This document shows, one piece after another, positions 56,741 through 64,000 of a stretch of 64,000 bases of DNA. Every line of letters starts with the position of its first letter. Positions within the stretch are counted from its first letter, which is position 1. The notes under the pieces were generated by a model. That model saw only the letters and a program-made list of their open reading frames with translations, was not told the origin of the DNA and ran no database searches. The DNA is from an uncultured Candidatus Saccharibacteria bacterium. Lineage in GTDB: Bacteria > Patescibacteriota > Minisyncoccia > JACPXH01. The stretch is from positions 32,173 through 96,172 of the forward strand of contig CAYPCM010000001.1 of the NCBI GenBank assembly GCA_964409225.1, read 5' to 3'. The position numbers were made by a program, and so were the translations under genes.

Positions 56741-57877
56741 ATGAATTCTAAAATTATTATCAAGGCCAATTTACCTTTTTGTTTATATAGATTAGATGAA
56801 AGATATTTTCAAATTGACCCTCAAACACGCATCCGTTTTTTAAAAGAAAAAATAGAGCCAAGCAGAAGGACAAGCTCATCAAAAAATGTTGAGTTTTTAA
56901 ATGATAGATGGGGCTGGGATGGTTTTTCTAAAGTAGAAATTGAAACAGAAAAAGAAATTGATTTAGAAAATTCAACATCGGAAAAAGCACAAAAATTTGC
57001 TATAAAAATCATTAACGAGTTCATCAATCTTTATAGATATTTTGATGAAAATGCTGTCCACTTTGTTAAACTTATAGAATCTGATTTATTAGAATTTTCT
57101 GTGGAGAAAAATGGTCATGGGATGTTTGCGATGCCGTTGCACATGACAGTTTTAGACCCTAAGAAAATTTCAGCAGTAAGTAGTAGCATAGAGAGGGCGT
57201 TAAGTGATGAATACAAAATCCCCTTATGGAGAGAACTTATACTTAATGCCGAACATTACTGTTATATCGGAGATTTTAGAATGGCAATTTTGGAAAGCGT
57301 GACTGCATTGGAATTAGTAATTTCTAGATTTATAAGTGGTGAGTTATCAGCGGCCGGTGTTCAAGAAAAAGAAATTAAAGAGTTTATTAAGGAAACTGGC
57401 GTAGCAAAGGGGCTTAATGTTGTGATTCGGCTTTTAGTAGGAAAAAGTGGAATACCGAATGAATTATTTGAAAAATGCAAAGGTACTATAACTAAACGAA
57501 ACAAGATAGTTCATGAGGGAAGAAAAGAAATAGATTATCAAAGCACTAAAGATTCCATTATCGCCATATATCAGCTTATTCAGCTTTTATTGGAAAAGGG
57601 TCGAGATATGGATGAATTAAGAGATAATTATAGACAAATTATGAAATTTGAAGAATACTTAAAAACTGTTGTACCGAAGATTGGTCCAAATGCCGCTTTT
57701 GACCTTTCAAGAGATGCACGCACAACGGCAATCGAAAACATCTTGGTGGATAAAAAAGTAGCAACAAAAGAAGAAATTGAAACTGCAGTTGAAAACGAGT
57801 TATCAAAAAGCGCCGAGAATATTTTGCGTATGCCACCCTTGCCAAAGGATGAACCTAAGGAAGCTCCGCAAAAATGA
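56741..57877 (+). CDS. Alpha-helical protein with HEPN-like Rx4H motif (putative abortive-infection/RNase component)
   Basis: …TITKRNKIVHEGRKE… (R-x4-H) in predicted helical context; 3 nt after upstream stop; AT-rich like the other two genes. Confidence 0.3.
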   Translation: MNSKIIIKANLPFCLYRLDERYFQIDPQTRIRFLKEKIEPSRRTSSSKNVEFLNDRWGWDGFSKVEIETEKEIDLENSTSEKAQKFAIKIINEFINLYRYFDENAVHFVKLIESDLLEFSVEKNGHGMFAMPLHMTVLDPKKISAVSSSIERALSDEYKIPLWRELILNAEHYCYIGDFRMAILESVTALELVISRFISGELSAAGVQEKEIKEFIKETGVAKGLNVVIRLLVGKSGIPNELFEKCKGTITKRNKIVHEGRKEIDYQSTKDSIIAIYQLIQLLLEKGRDMDELRDNYRQIMKFEEYLKTVVPKIGPNAAFDLSRDARTTAIENILVDKKVATKEEIETAVENELSKSAENILRMPPLPKDEPKEAPQK

Positions 57878-57977
57878 CCTAATGCGGCGCGCCAGCTTCG
57901 CTGGCACGAAATTCGGCGGCGGCGGAAAAAATTGTAATCGGAAAGCGAGGGCGGGCAAAAATTCCTTCCCCCCAACC

Positions 57978-58071
57978 CCCTTCCTTTTTGCCCGCCCGAG
58001 CGAAAATTATCAGAAATCAGCGTCCGGATTTTCTCGGAAAAAAGTTCGGATTTTGTCCAAGACAGACAGCA
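57978..58071 (+). repeat. 93-bp direct repeat, family C, copy 1
   Basis: CCTTCCTTTTTGCCCGCCCGAGCGAAAATTATCAGAAATCAGCGTCCGGATTTTCTCGG…GACAGACAGCA ~80% identical to 61068..61160. Confidence 0.55.
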
Positions 58072-58265
58072 TAATTGGTTTCCGCCAAAGGCGGAAAAGA
58101 AAAAGTCGGCTCGAACCCCCTGCTCGCGGAGCGAGCGGTTTCGGTTTCGTTCAAAAAGGGCAGACAGCCAGCGAGGACAAGAGCCGAGGTGCCCTCGATT
58201 GACACGCGATGCCGAGATCTGTATCATCCAAATATATGAAAACACAATTCCATGGAGGGAGCGCC

Positions 58266-58556
58266 ATGCCGGCGGTCAAGATCGGGGTGAGCCGACAGGT
58301 GGTCATCCCCAAGAAGCTCCACGACGAACTCGGGCTCACGCCCGGGGACTACCTCGAAGTCGAGCTCGAGCGCGGCAAGCTCGTGCTCACGCCGAAAACC
58401 CTCGTTGATAAAGCGATTGAGCAGCGGCTCGCCGAGAGCTTCGAGGATTTCCGGCGGGGCCGCACCCACGGGCCGTTCCCTTCAGCCAAGGAGGCGATCC
58501 GCTTCTTGCATACTGAGGTGAAGCGAAGAAGGGGAAAGAAGTCTAAAGCGGCGTAA
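58266..58556 (+). CDS. AbrB/MazE/SpoVT-family antitoxin
   Basis: MPAVKIGVSRQVVIPKKLHDELGLTPGDYLEVELERGKLVLTP swapped-hairpin motif. Confidence 0.65.
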   Translation: MPAVKIGVSRQVVIPKKLHDELGLTPGDYLEVELERGKLVLTPKTLVDKAIEQRLAESFEDFRRGRTHGPFPSAKEAIRFLHTEVKRRRGKKSKAA

Positions 58557-58801
58557 TGCGCCCCCACTTTTCCGAAGGTTTCGTCCGCAGCTACGCGAAC
58601 GCTCCCGCGCACGTGCAGCGAGCTTTCGATCGGAAACTGACCTTCCTGCTTCAGAATCTCCATCATCCCTCGCTTCGCGCGAAGAAGTACGATGAAACCC
58701 GCGGCATTTGGCAGGCGCGGGTGAGTCGCAACTGGCGGTTCTATTTCACGATCGAGGGCGACGCTTGCCACCTCCATGAGATCATGGCGCACCCGAAGTA
58801 G
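58556..58801 (+). CDS. RelE/ParE-superfamily toxin
   Basis: TAATG overlap with antitoxin; C-terminal …GIWQARVSRNWRFYFTIEGDACHLHEIMAHPK. Confidence 0.5.
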   Translation: MRPHFSEGFVRSYANAPAHVQRAFDRKLTFLLQNLHHPSLRAKKYDETRGIWQARVSRNWRFYFTIEGDACHLHEIMAHPK

Positions 58802-58827
58802 GGCCCGACGACTTCAAGGGACAACAA

Positions 58828-59232
58828 ATGTTTCAAATCAAAACAATAGAAGACATCCCAATTGCGTATGTGGCGAAACAAGGCCACCCTGCTGTTGTTG
58901 CGGGCAGGGCATTTTGGGAATTGGAGCAACGCGTACCGCTCAAGGGAAATAAGTTTTACGGAGTTTTTGACGAGCGCACGAACGAATACCGGGCCTGCGT
59001 GGCGCTAAGCGAAGCGAATCAGGATTCAGCCCAAGGTCTAAATCGCGGAGTTATCCAAGGCGGAGCGTATGCGTATACCACTATCGTGGGGGATTATCGG
59101 GACATCGTTCGTCAGGTTGGCCCCGCGTTCGACGAGCTTGCCCGAAGTTACCGGCGAGATCCCGCGAGGCCGTGTGTTGAGTTTTATAAACGCCACACGG
59201 AAGTTCTTGTGATGCTTCCGGTACAACAATAG
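58828..59232 (+). CDS. GyrI-like small-molecule-binding domain protein
   Basis: ~134 aa, pattern of SbmC/GyrI-like effector-binding fold (…GAYAYTTIVGDYRDI…). Confidence 0.45.
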   Translation: MFQIKTIEDIPIAYVAKQGHPAVVAGRAFWELEQRVPLKGNKFYGVFDERTNEYRACVALSEANQDSAQGLNRGVIQGGAYAYTTIVGDYRDIVRQVGPAFDELARSYRRDPARPCVEFYKRHTEVLVMLPVQQ

Positions 59233-59245
59233 TTGATTTTACCCA

Positions 59246-59719
59246 ATGGCCAAAGACAGAAATAAAGCCGTGCCGGCGGTCTACCTGCTTCTGAGAAAAG
59301 GGGAGGATATTTTGCTTATGCGGCGACAGGGTTCTGGCTATTATGACGGTTGGTACTCGGTGCCCGCAGGACATGTTGAAGCCGGAGAGTTGCCACTTGG
59401 TGGGTTGATACGAGAAGCTGGCGAGGAACTCGGCATAGCCGTTGATCCCAAAGACGCCAAACTGGTGCATACGATGTACCGAACCAAGCACGACGAGACC
59501 GGCGATAGGGTGGATATGTTTTTTGTCGTGAGCAAATGGTCGGGAGAAATTACGAACGTGGAACCGCACAAATGCGGCGATATCCGTTGGTTTCCCGTCA
59601 AGGAACTGCCGGAAAATGTGATGCATCATGTTCGAGACGCAATTAAAGATGTTGAGCTTAGCATTCAATATTCGGAGCTGGATTTGCCCCACATCACCTT
59701 GAACCCACCAAAACCGTGA
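59246..59719 (+). CDS. NUDIX hydrolase
   Basis: Nudix box GHVEAGELPLGGLIREAGEELGI. Confidence 0.75.
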   Translation: MAKDRNKAVPAVYLLLRKGEDILLMRRQGSGYYDGWYSVPAGHVEAGELPLGGLIREAGEELGIAVDPKDAKLVHTMYRTKHDETGDRVDMFFVVSKWSGEITNVEPHKCGDIRWFPVKELPENVMHHVRDAIKDVELSIQYSELDLPHITLNPPKP

Positions 59720-59773
59720 TCTGGTCGAGGTGCCTTGGTTTGATTTAATCGATCGACACCAGTTTTCTACGTC

Positions 59774-60973
59774 ATGAAACAACAAACACAACAGCCCACC
59801 TCAGGTTTTTATGGCCTTGGCATTGCGCCGGGGCTGCTTGAGATTTTGGAGAAACTTCGCTATGCAACCCCGACCCCGATTCAGCGCCAGGCGATTCCGA
59901 TTGCGATTCAGGGCAAAGACGTGGTGGGCGTGGCGCAAACCGGAACCGGGAAAACCCTCGCATTTGGCATCCCCATGATTCAAATTCTCGCTCGAACCAA
60001 AGGGCGGGGCCTGGTATTGGTGCCCACACGAGAACTCGCGCTCCAGGTTGATGAGATGTTGCACGCGGTCGGCCGCTCTCTGGGGCTGCGGACCGCGGTC
60101 CTCATCGGCGGCGCTTCGATGAGGCCGCAGATCCAAGCGATCGAAAAGAACCCGCACATCATCGTCGCCACTCCCGGCCGGCTGATCGACCATTTGCATC
60201 AGAAGACGGTTGCGCTTGGGGGTGTGCGCATACTGGTGCTTGACGAGGCGGATCGCATGCTTGACATGGGGTTTTTGCCGCAGGTTCAGAAGATTCTCCA
60301 CGCCGTTCCCAAAGATCGCCAAACCATGTTGTTTTCGGCCACGCTTTCGTCCGAGATCATGCAGGTCGCAACGGCCAACATGAAGCTCCCGATCCGCATT
60401 GAAATCGCGCCTTCCGGCACCACGGTTGAGCGCGTAACCCAAGAGCTTTTTGTGGTCAAGCGTGACGCGAAGAATCGGTTGCTTGAGATTGTGTTGGCCG
60501 AGCACGCGGGGTCGGCGCTTGTGTTCACCCGCACAAAATACGGCGCCAAACGCATTACCAAGGCAGTGCGCGCCATGGGGCATAGCGCTGCCGAAATCCA
60601 CTCAAATCGCTCGCTCGGGCAGCGCCGCGATGCACTGGATGGGTTCAAGTCCGGCAAATATCGGGTGCTGGTTGCCACCGACATCGCGGCTCGCGGGATT
60701 GACGTCGTCGGGATCGAGCTCGTGTTGAATTACGATCTGCCGGCGCATTCCGAAGATTACGTGCACCGGATCGGCCGCACGGCCCGAGCAGGAGCCGAGG
60801 GGCATGCGATATCATTCGTGCTGCCCGAAGAGCAGCGCGAGGTGCGCAACATCGAGCGGCTCATCAGGAAGAGTCTGCGCGTCTCGCCCCTCCCGAAGCT
60901 GCCGCCGGAGCGAATGCCGGAACAGACACCGCGTCATCGACCTGGAACGCGGCCGTTTCATCGGCGGCGTTGA
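59774..60973 (+). CDS. DEAD-box ATP-dependent RNA helicase
   Basis: Q-motif, AQTGTGKT, PTRELA, DEAD, SAT, HRIGRTARAG motifs. Confidence 0.9.
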   Translation: MKQQTQQPTSGFYGLGIAPGLLEILEKLRYATPTPIQRQAIPIAIQGKDVVGVAQTGTGKTLAFGIPMIQILARTKGRGLVLVPTRELALQVDEMLHAVGRSLGLRTAVLIGGASMRPQIQAIEKNPHIIVATPGRLIDHLHQKTVALGGVRILVLDEADRMLDMGFLPQVQKILHAVPKDRQTMLFSATLSSEIMQVATANMKLPIRIEIAPSGTTVERVTQELFVVKRDAKNRLLEIVLAEHAGSALVFTRTKYGAKRITKAVRAMGHSAAEIHSNRSLGQRRDALDGFKSGKYRVLVATDIAARGIDVVGIELVLNYDLPAHSEDYVHRIGRTARAGAEGHAISFVLPEEQREVRNIERLIRKSLRVSPLPKLPPERMPEQTPRHRPGTRPFHRRR

Positions 60974-61067
60974 GCTGCGTGGACGTATCTTCGCCGCACA
61001 GATCCATCATGAAAGCCTTCCTTGAGCACATCCCATTGAATGTATCGGATCCGAAAATCTCTTTCCC

Positions 61068-61160
61068 CTTCCCTTTTGCCCGCACGAGTGTAGTTTTTCA
61101 GAAATCAGCATCAGGATTTTCTCGGGGAAAAAGTTAGGATTTTGTTCAGGACAGACAGCA
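61068..61160 (+). repeat. 93-bp direct repeat, family C, copy 2
   Basis: CCTTCCCTTTTGCCCGCACGAGTGTAGTTTTTCAGAAATCAGCATCAGGATTTTCTCGG…GACAGACAGCA. Confidence 0.55.
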
Positions 61161-61537
61161 GGGATATGAGCATTTACGAAAAGCTATCGGATAGCGAGAT
61201 CATTCGAGCCGCCTATAATCCACCTGGTTCGCCAGCGGTCGCGGCGAATGTTGAGATGATGCGCCGACTAAAGGATTCGCTCATCGCACAGCAAAACTCG
61301 GCGAATGAACTCACCGAACGGATTCGGAAGCTGAATGCCTGACTCTTGTGGTTCACGATCGCGATTCTCGCCCTGACAGTGGTACAGGTACTCGTCGTCT
61401 TGAAGGTTATCGCACTTCCTTGACCCGATCCTGGTGCGGCAGCTCGTGCTCCGGGGTCTATTCTGGTTGACCCACAGACGAGCCAGGCACGCGGGGGTTT
61501 TCTGTTTGGGCGGGTTCAGTATAGGCTGTGTCTGGAT

Positions 61538-61882
61538 ATGTTGCTTCGCATGACACCGCAGCCTTTTGCGGGTACCGGCGAGCGCCGGTACCTTTGGACT
61601 CGCCATGCGCGCGAGAAGATGCGGCAGTATCGTCTGTCGGAATCGCGCGTGCGGCGCATCATCCGCCATCCCGAACGAATTGAAGAGGGGATTGCGCCGA
61701 ACACGGTTGCGGCAATGCAGCAGGCGTCTTCGCGGCGCCGGCAGGAACTCTGGACGATGTACCGGCTGGTGCCTGGACGCAAGCTGATCAAAATTATCAC
61801 CGCCTGGCGCTATCCGGGCGAGAGCCCGAAGCGAAATCCCATACCGCCTGCGATTCTCCGTGAAATCCGTTCGTTGCTTTGA
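61538..61882 (+). CDS. DUF4258-like (putative orphan toxin) protein
   Basis: …WTRHAREKMRQYRLSESRVRRII… resembles DUF4258 N-terminal signature. Confidence 0.4.
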   Translation: MLLRMTPQPFAGTGERRYLWTRHAREKMRQYRLSESRVRRIIRHPERIEEGIAPNTVAAMQQASSRRRQELWTMYRLVPGRKLIKIITAWRYPGESPKRNPIPPAILREIRSLL

Positions 61883-61968
61883 ATTGTTCTCGCGGTAGCC
61901 GGCAGATCGCGCGCACTATTGCTATAAATAAGAGGCGCCGTCCACGCTTGAGCGTGGACGGCGTTTCG

Positions 61969-62580
61969 CTATGGATACGCGTACGATATGGAACGATCAA
62001 GCTCGTATCGAGCGATCTGGCTGCAGGAAAGAAGCGTGCCGCTCAATCCGGCCCAGCCACCTTCGAGCGTCACCACGCCGTTGGCAGAAACGATGCCGCT
62101 CGCTATGGTAAAGCCAATTCCTGTGCCAGCGGCGTTGAACGCGTTAAACGTGAATCCGATGCTTTTGAGCTGTCCGGTTCGGTTACGCACTCGTAGCTGT
62201 AATAGGCAGCCCGAGAAGTAACCTGGCGTAAGCGATTCGGCTTCGATGACGACCCCGTTGAGCTCTACACCTACGTGTCCGCCGGTCGAGCCGCCGCCAC
62301 CGCCGACGGGCGTCGCCGAGATCGGCATCAGCACGTTCGCGAGCGGGTTCCATTCGAAGCGTACGGCGTAGGTGCCTGGCGGGTAGCCCGGCACATTCGG
62401 GCTCAGGATCGTGACGGGACTGATCGTGATTCGGAGGCCGTATAGCGTGTTCCACGGCTCGACCTGGATCGTGGCGCCTGCGCTCATCTCGATGTTGATC
62501 GCGAACGCCGGCGCCGCTGCTGCGCCCACGAGGCACGCGAGCACGGTTCCAAGCAGTAGATTTCTCCTGGCCATTGCCAT
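61969..62580 (-). CDS. Secreted hypothetical protein
   Basis: Signal peptide MAMARRNLLLGTVLACLVGAAAAPAFA; Gly/Thr-rich beta-type sequence. Confidence 0.4.
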   Translation of the reverse strand: MAMARRNLLLGTVLACLVGAAAAPAFAINIEMSAGATIQVEPWNTLYGLRITISPVTILSPNVPGYPPGTYAVRFEWNPLANVLMPISATPVGGGGGSTGGHVGVELNGVVIEAESLTPGYFSGCLLQLRVRNRTGQLKSIGFTFNAFNAAGTGIGFTIASGIVSANGVVTLEGGWAGLSGTLLSCSQIARYELDRSISYAYP

Positions 62581-62696
62581 CCCTCCTCTGTGTTGGTTTC
62601 CTCCTGTTTCGATCAAAAGGACTCCATTCCGCTATATACTCTGCTGGAGAGGTGCGGTCAAGCGGGGTTGCAAAGCAGGGGAGCCCAACGTACGGT

Positions 62697-63530
62697 ATGT
62701 TCATGGCGCAGTTTTCGATTTTGACGCTCAACCTCCGGCACGGTCAGGGGCCACGGGTCGCTGCTGGCGAGGCGCCGTGGTCCTTTGGCCAGCGTCGCGC
62801 AACCATGCGCGCCCATGCGGCGGCGATCGGTTCGTTCATCGGGCAGATGACGCCGCAGCCGGATATCGTGTGTCTGCAGGAGACGAATGCTGCCGCGTTT
62901 TTTTGGCCGGATATTCTTAGTATTATTCGCGAAAGGTCTGGCTATCAATACGTAGCGGCTTCTCCCCAAAAAGTTTTGCCGCATAATAATGGAATTTTAA
63001 GTCGGTTTCCATTCAATCGCGTGGTCTCGCGCCAGTTTCGCAAACTGCCGATGGTTATGGCGGGGTGGCGCGCGATATGCTATTCAATCAACCGTGGGTT
63101 TGTCGCAGCAGAAATCGAGGGGGTCGGGACTGTCGTTTCGACGCACCTCGATCCATATGTTCCCGCGCTGCGGTTTGGCCAAGCGCGCGAGCTGCGGCAA
63201 GCGCTGCCGGCGCGCAATATCATCATCACCGGAGATTTCAATCCGTTGACGTGGGATGAAGAGTCGCTCAAGGTGGCGGGGGAAGGGCTTACGACGGCGC
63301 CGCCGATTGATGCAGAACACTTCGCGTCGTTCGCAACTTGGCCAGCCCCGTTAGAAACCCAGTTTCTAACGGGGCCAGCTGGCGTAATGTCCACCGAAGT
63401 AGTACCAGAATGCCGGCTCGATTACGTGCTCGTTTCGCCGGGCTTGCGCTTCGTCTCTGCCGAGCGCGTGTTCACCGGCCACACGGATCATTACGGTGTC
63501 GTAGTTACCGTTGAAAGGCGCTCGCCATGA
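62697..63530 (+). CDS. Endonuclease/exonuclease/phosphatase (EEP) family protein
   Basis: N-terminal …ILTLNL…, CLQETN, GDFN, C-terminal TDHYGVVV (SDHxPV-like). Confidence 0.6.
   Translation: MFMAQFSILTLNLRHGQGPRVAAGEAPWSFGQRRATMRAHAAAIGSFIGQMTPQPDIVCLQETNAAAFFWPDILSIIRERSGYQYVAASPQKVLPHNNGILSRFPFNRVVSRQFRKLPMVMAGWRAICYSINRGFVAAEIEGVGTVVSTHLDPYVPALRFGQARELRQALPARNIIITGDFNPLTWDEESLKVAGEGLTTAPPIDAEHFASFATWPAPLETQFLTGPAGVMSTEVVPECRLDYVLVSPGLRFVSAERVFTGHTDHYGVVVTVERRSP
63345..63375. repeat. 13-bp-stem CCCCGTTAGAAA hairpin (family B-type end motif) embedded in EEP coding sequence
   Basis: GCCCCGTTAGAAA-cccag-TTTCTAACGGGGC perfect inverted repeat inside ORF. Confidence 0.5.
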
Positions 63531-64000
63531 CGGACGAACTCGTCACACTCCTCGGGTTGTTCCAATCGTCCCACTACGACCGCGCGGTGTTCCGGTCGTG
63601 GTTAGCGCGGCATCCGACCCCGGCCGACTGGGCGCTGTTCCGGGATCGCGTCAAGCTCGTCTGGACCCGCAAGGCCCGGATGCTGTCGTGGGTGGCGCGG
63701 ATTGTTTCGCTCGGCCGTACCAGTCGTCTCCCGCAGGCGGTTCTTCTTGCCCAGCAGCTCCTGCGCCCCGTTGAAGCGGCGGCGACATGGTGGCTTGCTC
63801 AACTCGCACGTCGCACCCTTCGTCGGGCCCGGCCGGTCGTGATCGGCATTGTGGGGAGCTACGGGAAGACGACGACGAAAGAGATTCTCGCTCACGTGCT
63901 CTCGGGGCATTTTCGGGTGCACCGGACGCCGGAGAACGTGAATACGCTGTTGGGTATTGCGGCTTGGCTGCGGCGTCTCGCCATCGAGCCCGAGGGCGTA
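63526..64000 (+). CDS. Mur ligase (MurF/MurE-like), 5' part; continues beyond window
   Basis: ATGA overlap with EEP stop; Mur ligase P-loop GIVGSYGKTTTKE. Confidence 0.65.

Noticed and set aside
1-64000. CRISPR arrays, rRNA genes, integrase/transposase genes
   Set aside because: No short regularly spaced repeats, no rRNA-like conserved blocks, and no tyrosine or serine recombinase or DDE motifs were recognised in any frame.

Overview
The window reads as a high-GC (~60%) bacterial chromosome segment with compact, often overlapping genes and strikingly AT-rich intergenic spacers. Composition and gene content suggest a CPR/Parcubacteria-like genome, but I cannot confirm this without searches.

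Gene content on the backbone:
- **Housekeeping:** secY (3' end), adk, map, ruvX, galT, tpiA, ndh, pgk, recJ, idi, rnhA, murJ, lepA, ftsB, prfB (with the classic +1 frameshift), ftsE/ftsX, a DEAD-box helicase, murF (5' end) and tRNA-Gly/Thr/Gln.
- **Toxin-antitoxin modules** (unusually dense): two Phd–RelE pairs (one toxin carries an in-frame TAA), MazEF, AbrB–ParE, an AbiEii-like nucleotidyltransferase pair and an orphan DUF4258.
- **Envelope proteins:** a cluster of secreted or surface proteins (metzincin protease, 1114-aa FN3/Ig-like giant protein, Cys-rich proteins) and glycosyltransferase genes.

Signals the gene calls do not explain:
- **RNase P RNA (rnpB):** about 909 nt, with a consensus sigma70 promoter and terminator. 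It carries two copies of a ~165-nt AT-rich palindromic module inserted at two positions in the core structure.
- **Defence-like island:** an AT-rich (~33% GC) three-gene operon directly 3' of tRNA-Gln and a free-standing C2H2+LAGLIDADG endonuclease-like gene. It encodes an M.EcoRI-family methyltransferase, a DUF262(DGQQR-like)–HNH nuclease and a HEPN-like (Rx4H) protein.
- **Small palindromic repeat families:**
  - a 120–150-bp element with CAGACCGTCCGAAAAC inverted ends (four copies);
  - a CCCCGTTAGAA-terminated hairpin element (five sites, one inside a CDS);
  - a 93-bp direct repeat.
- **Smaller oddities:** identical terminator hairpins bracketing the AbiE-like cassette; inverted AT-rich repeats bracketing a 'four-helix-bundle (rRNA IVS) protein' gene; a 20-bp inverted repeat plus a tRNA 5' fragment around tRNA-Gly.

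No CRISPR array and no rRNA were seen. All calls rest on reading the sequence and translations by eye; no database searches were run.
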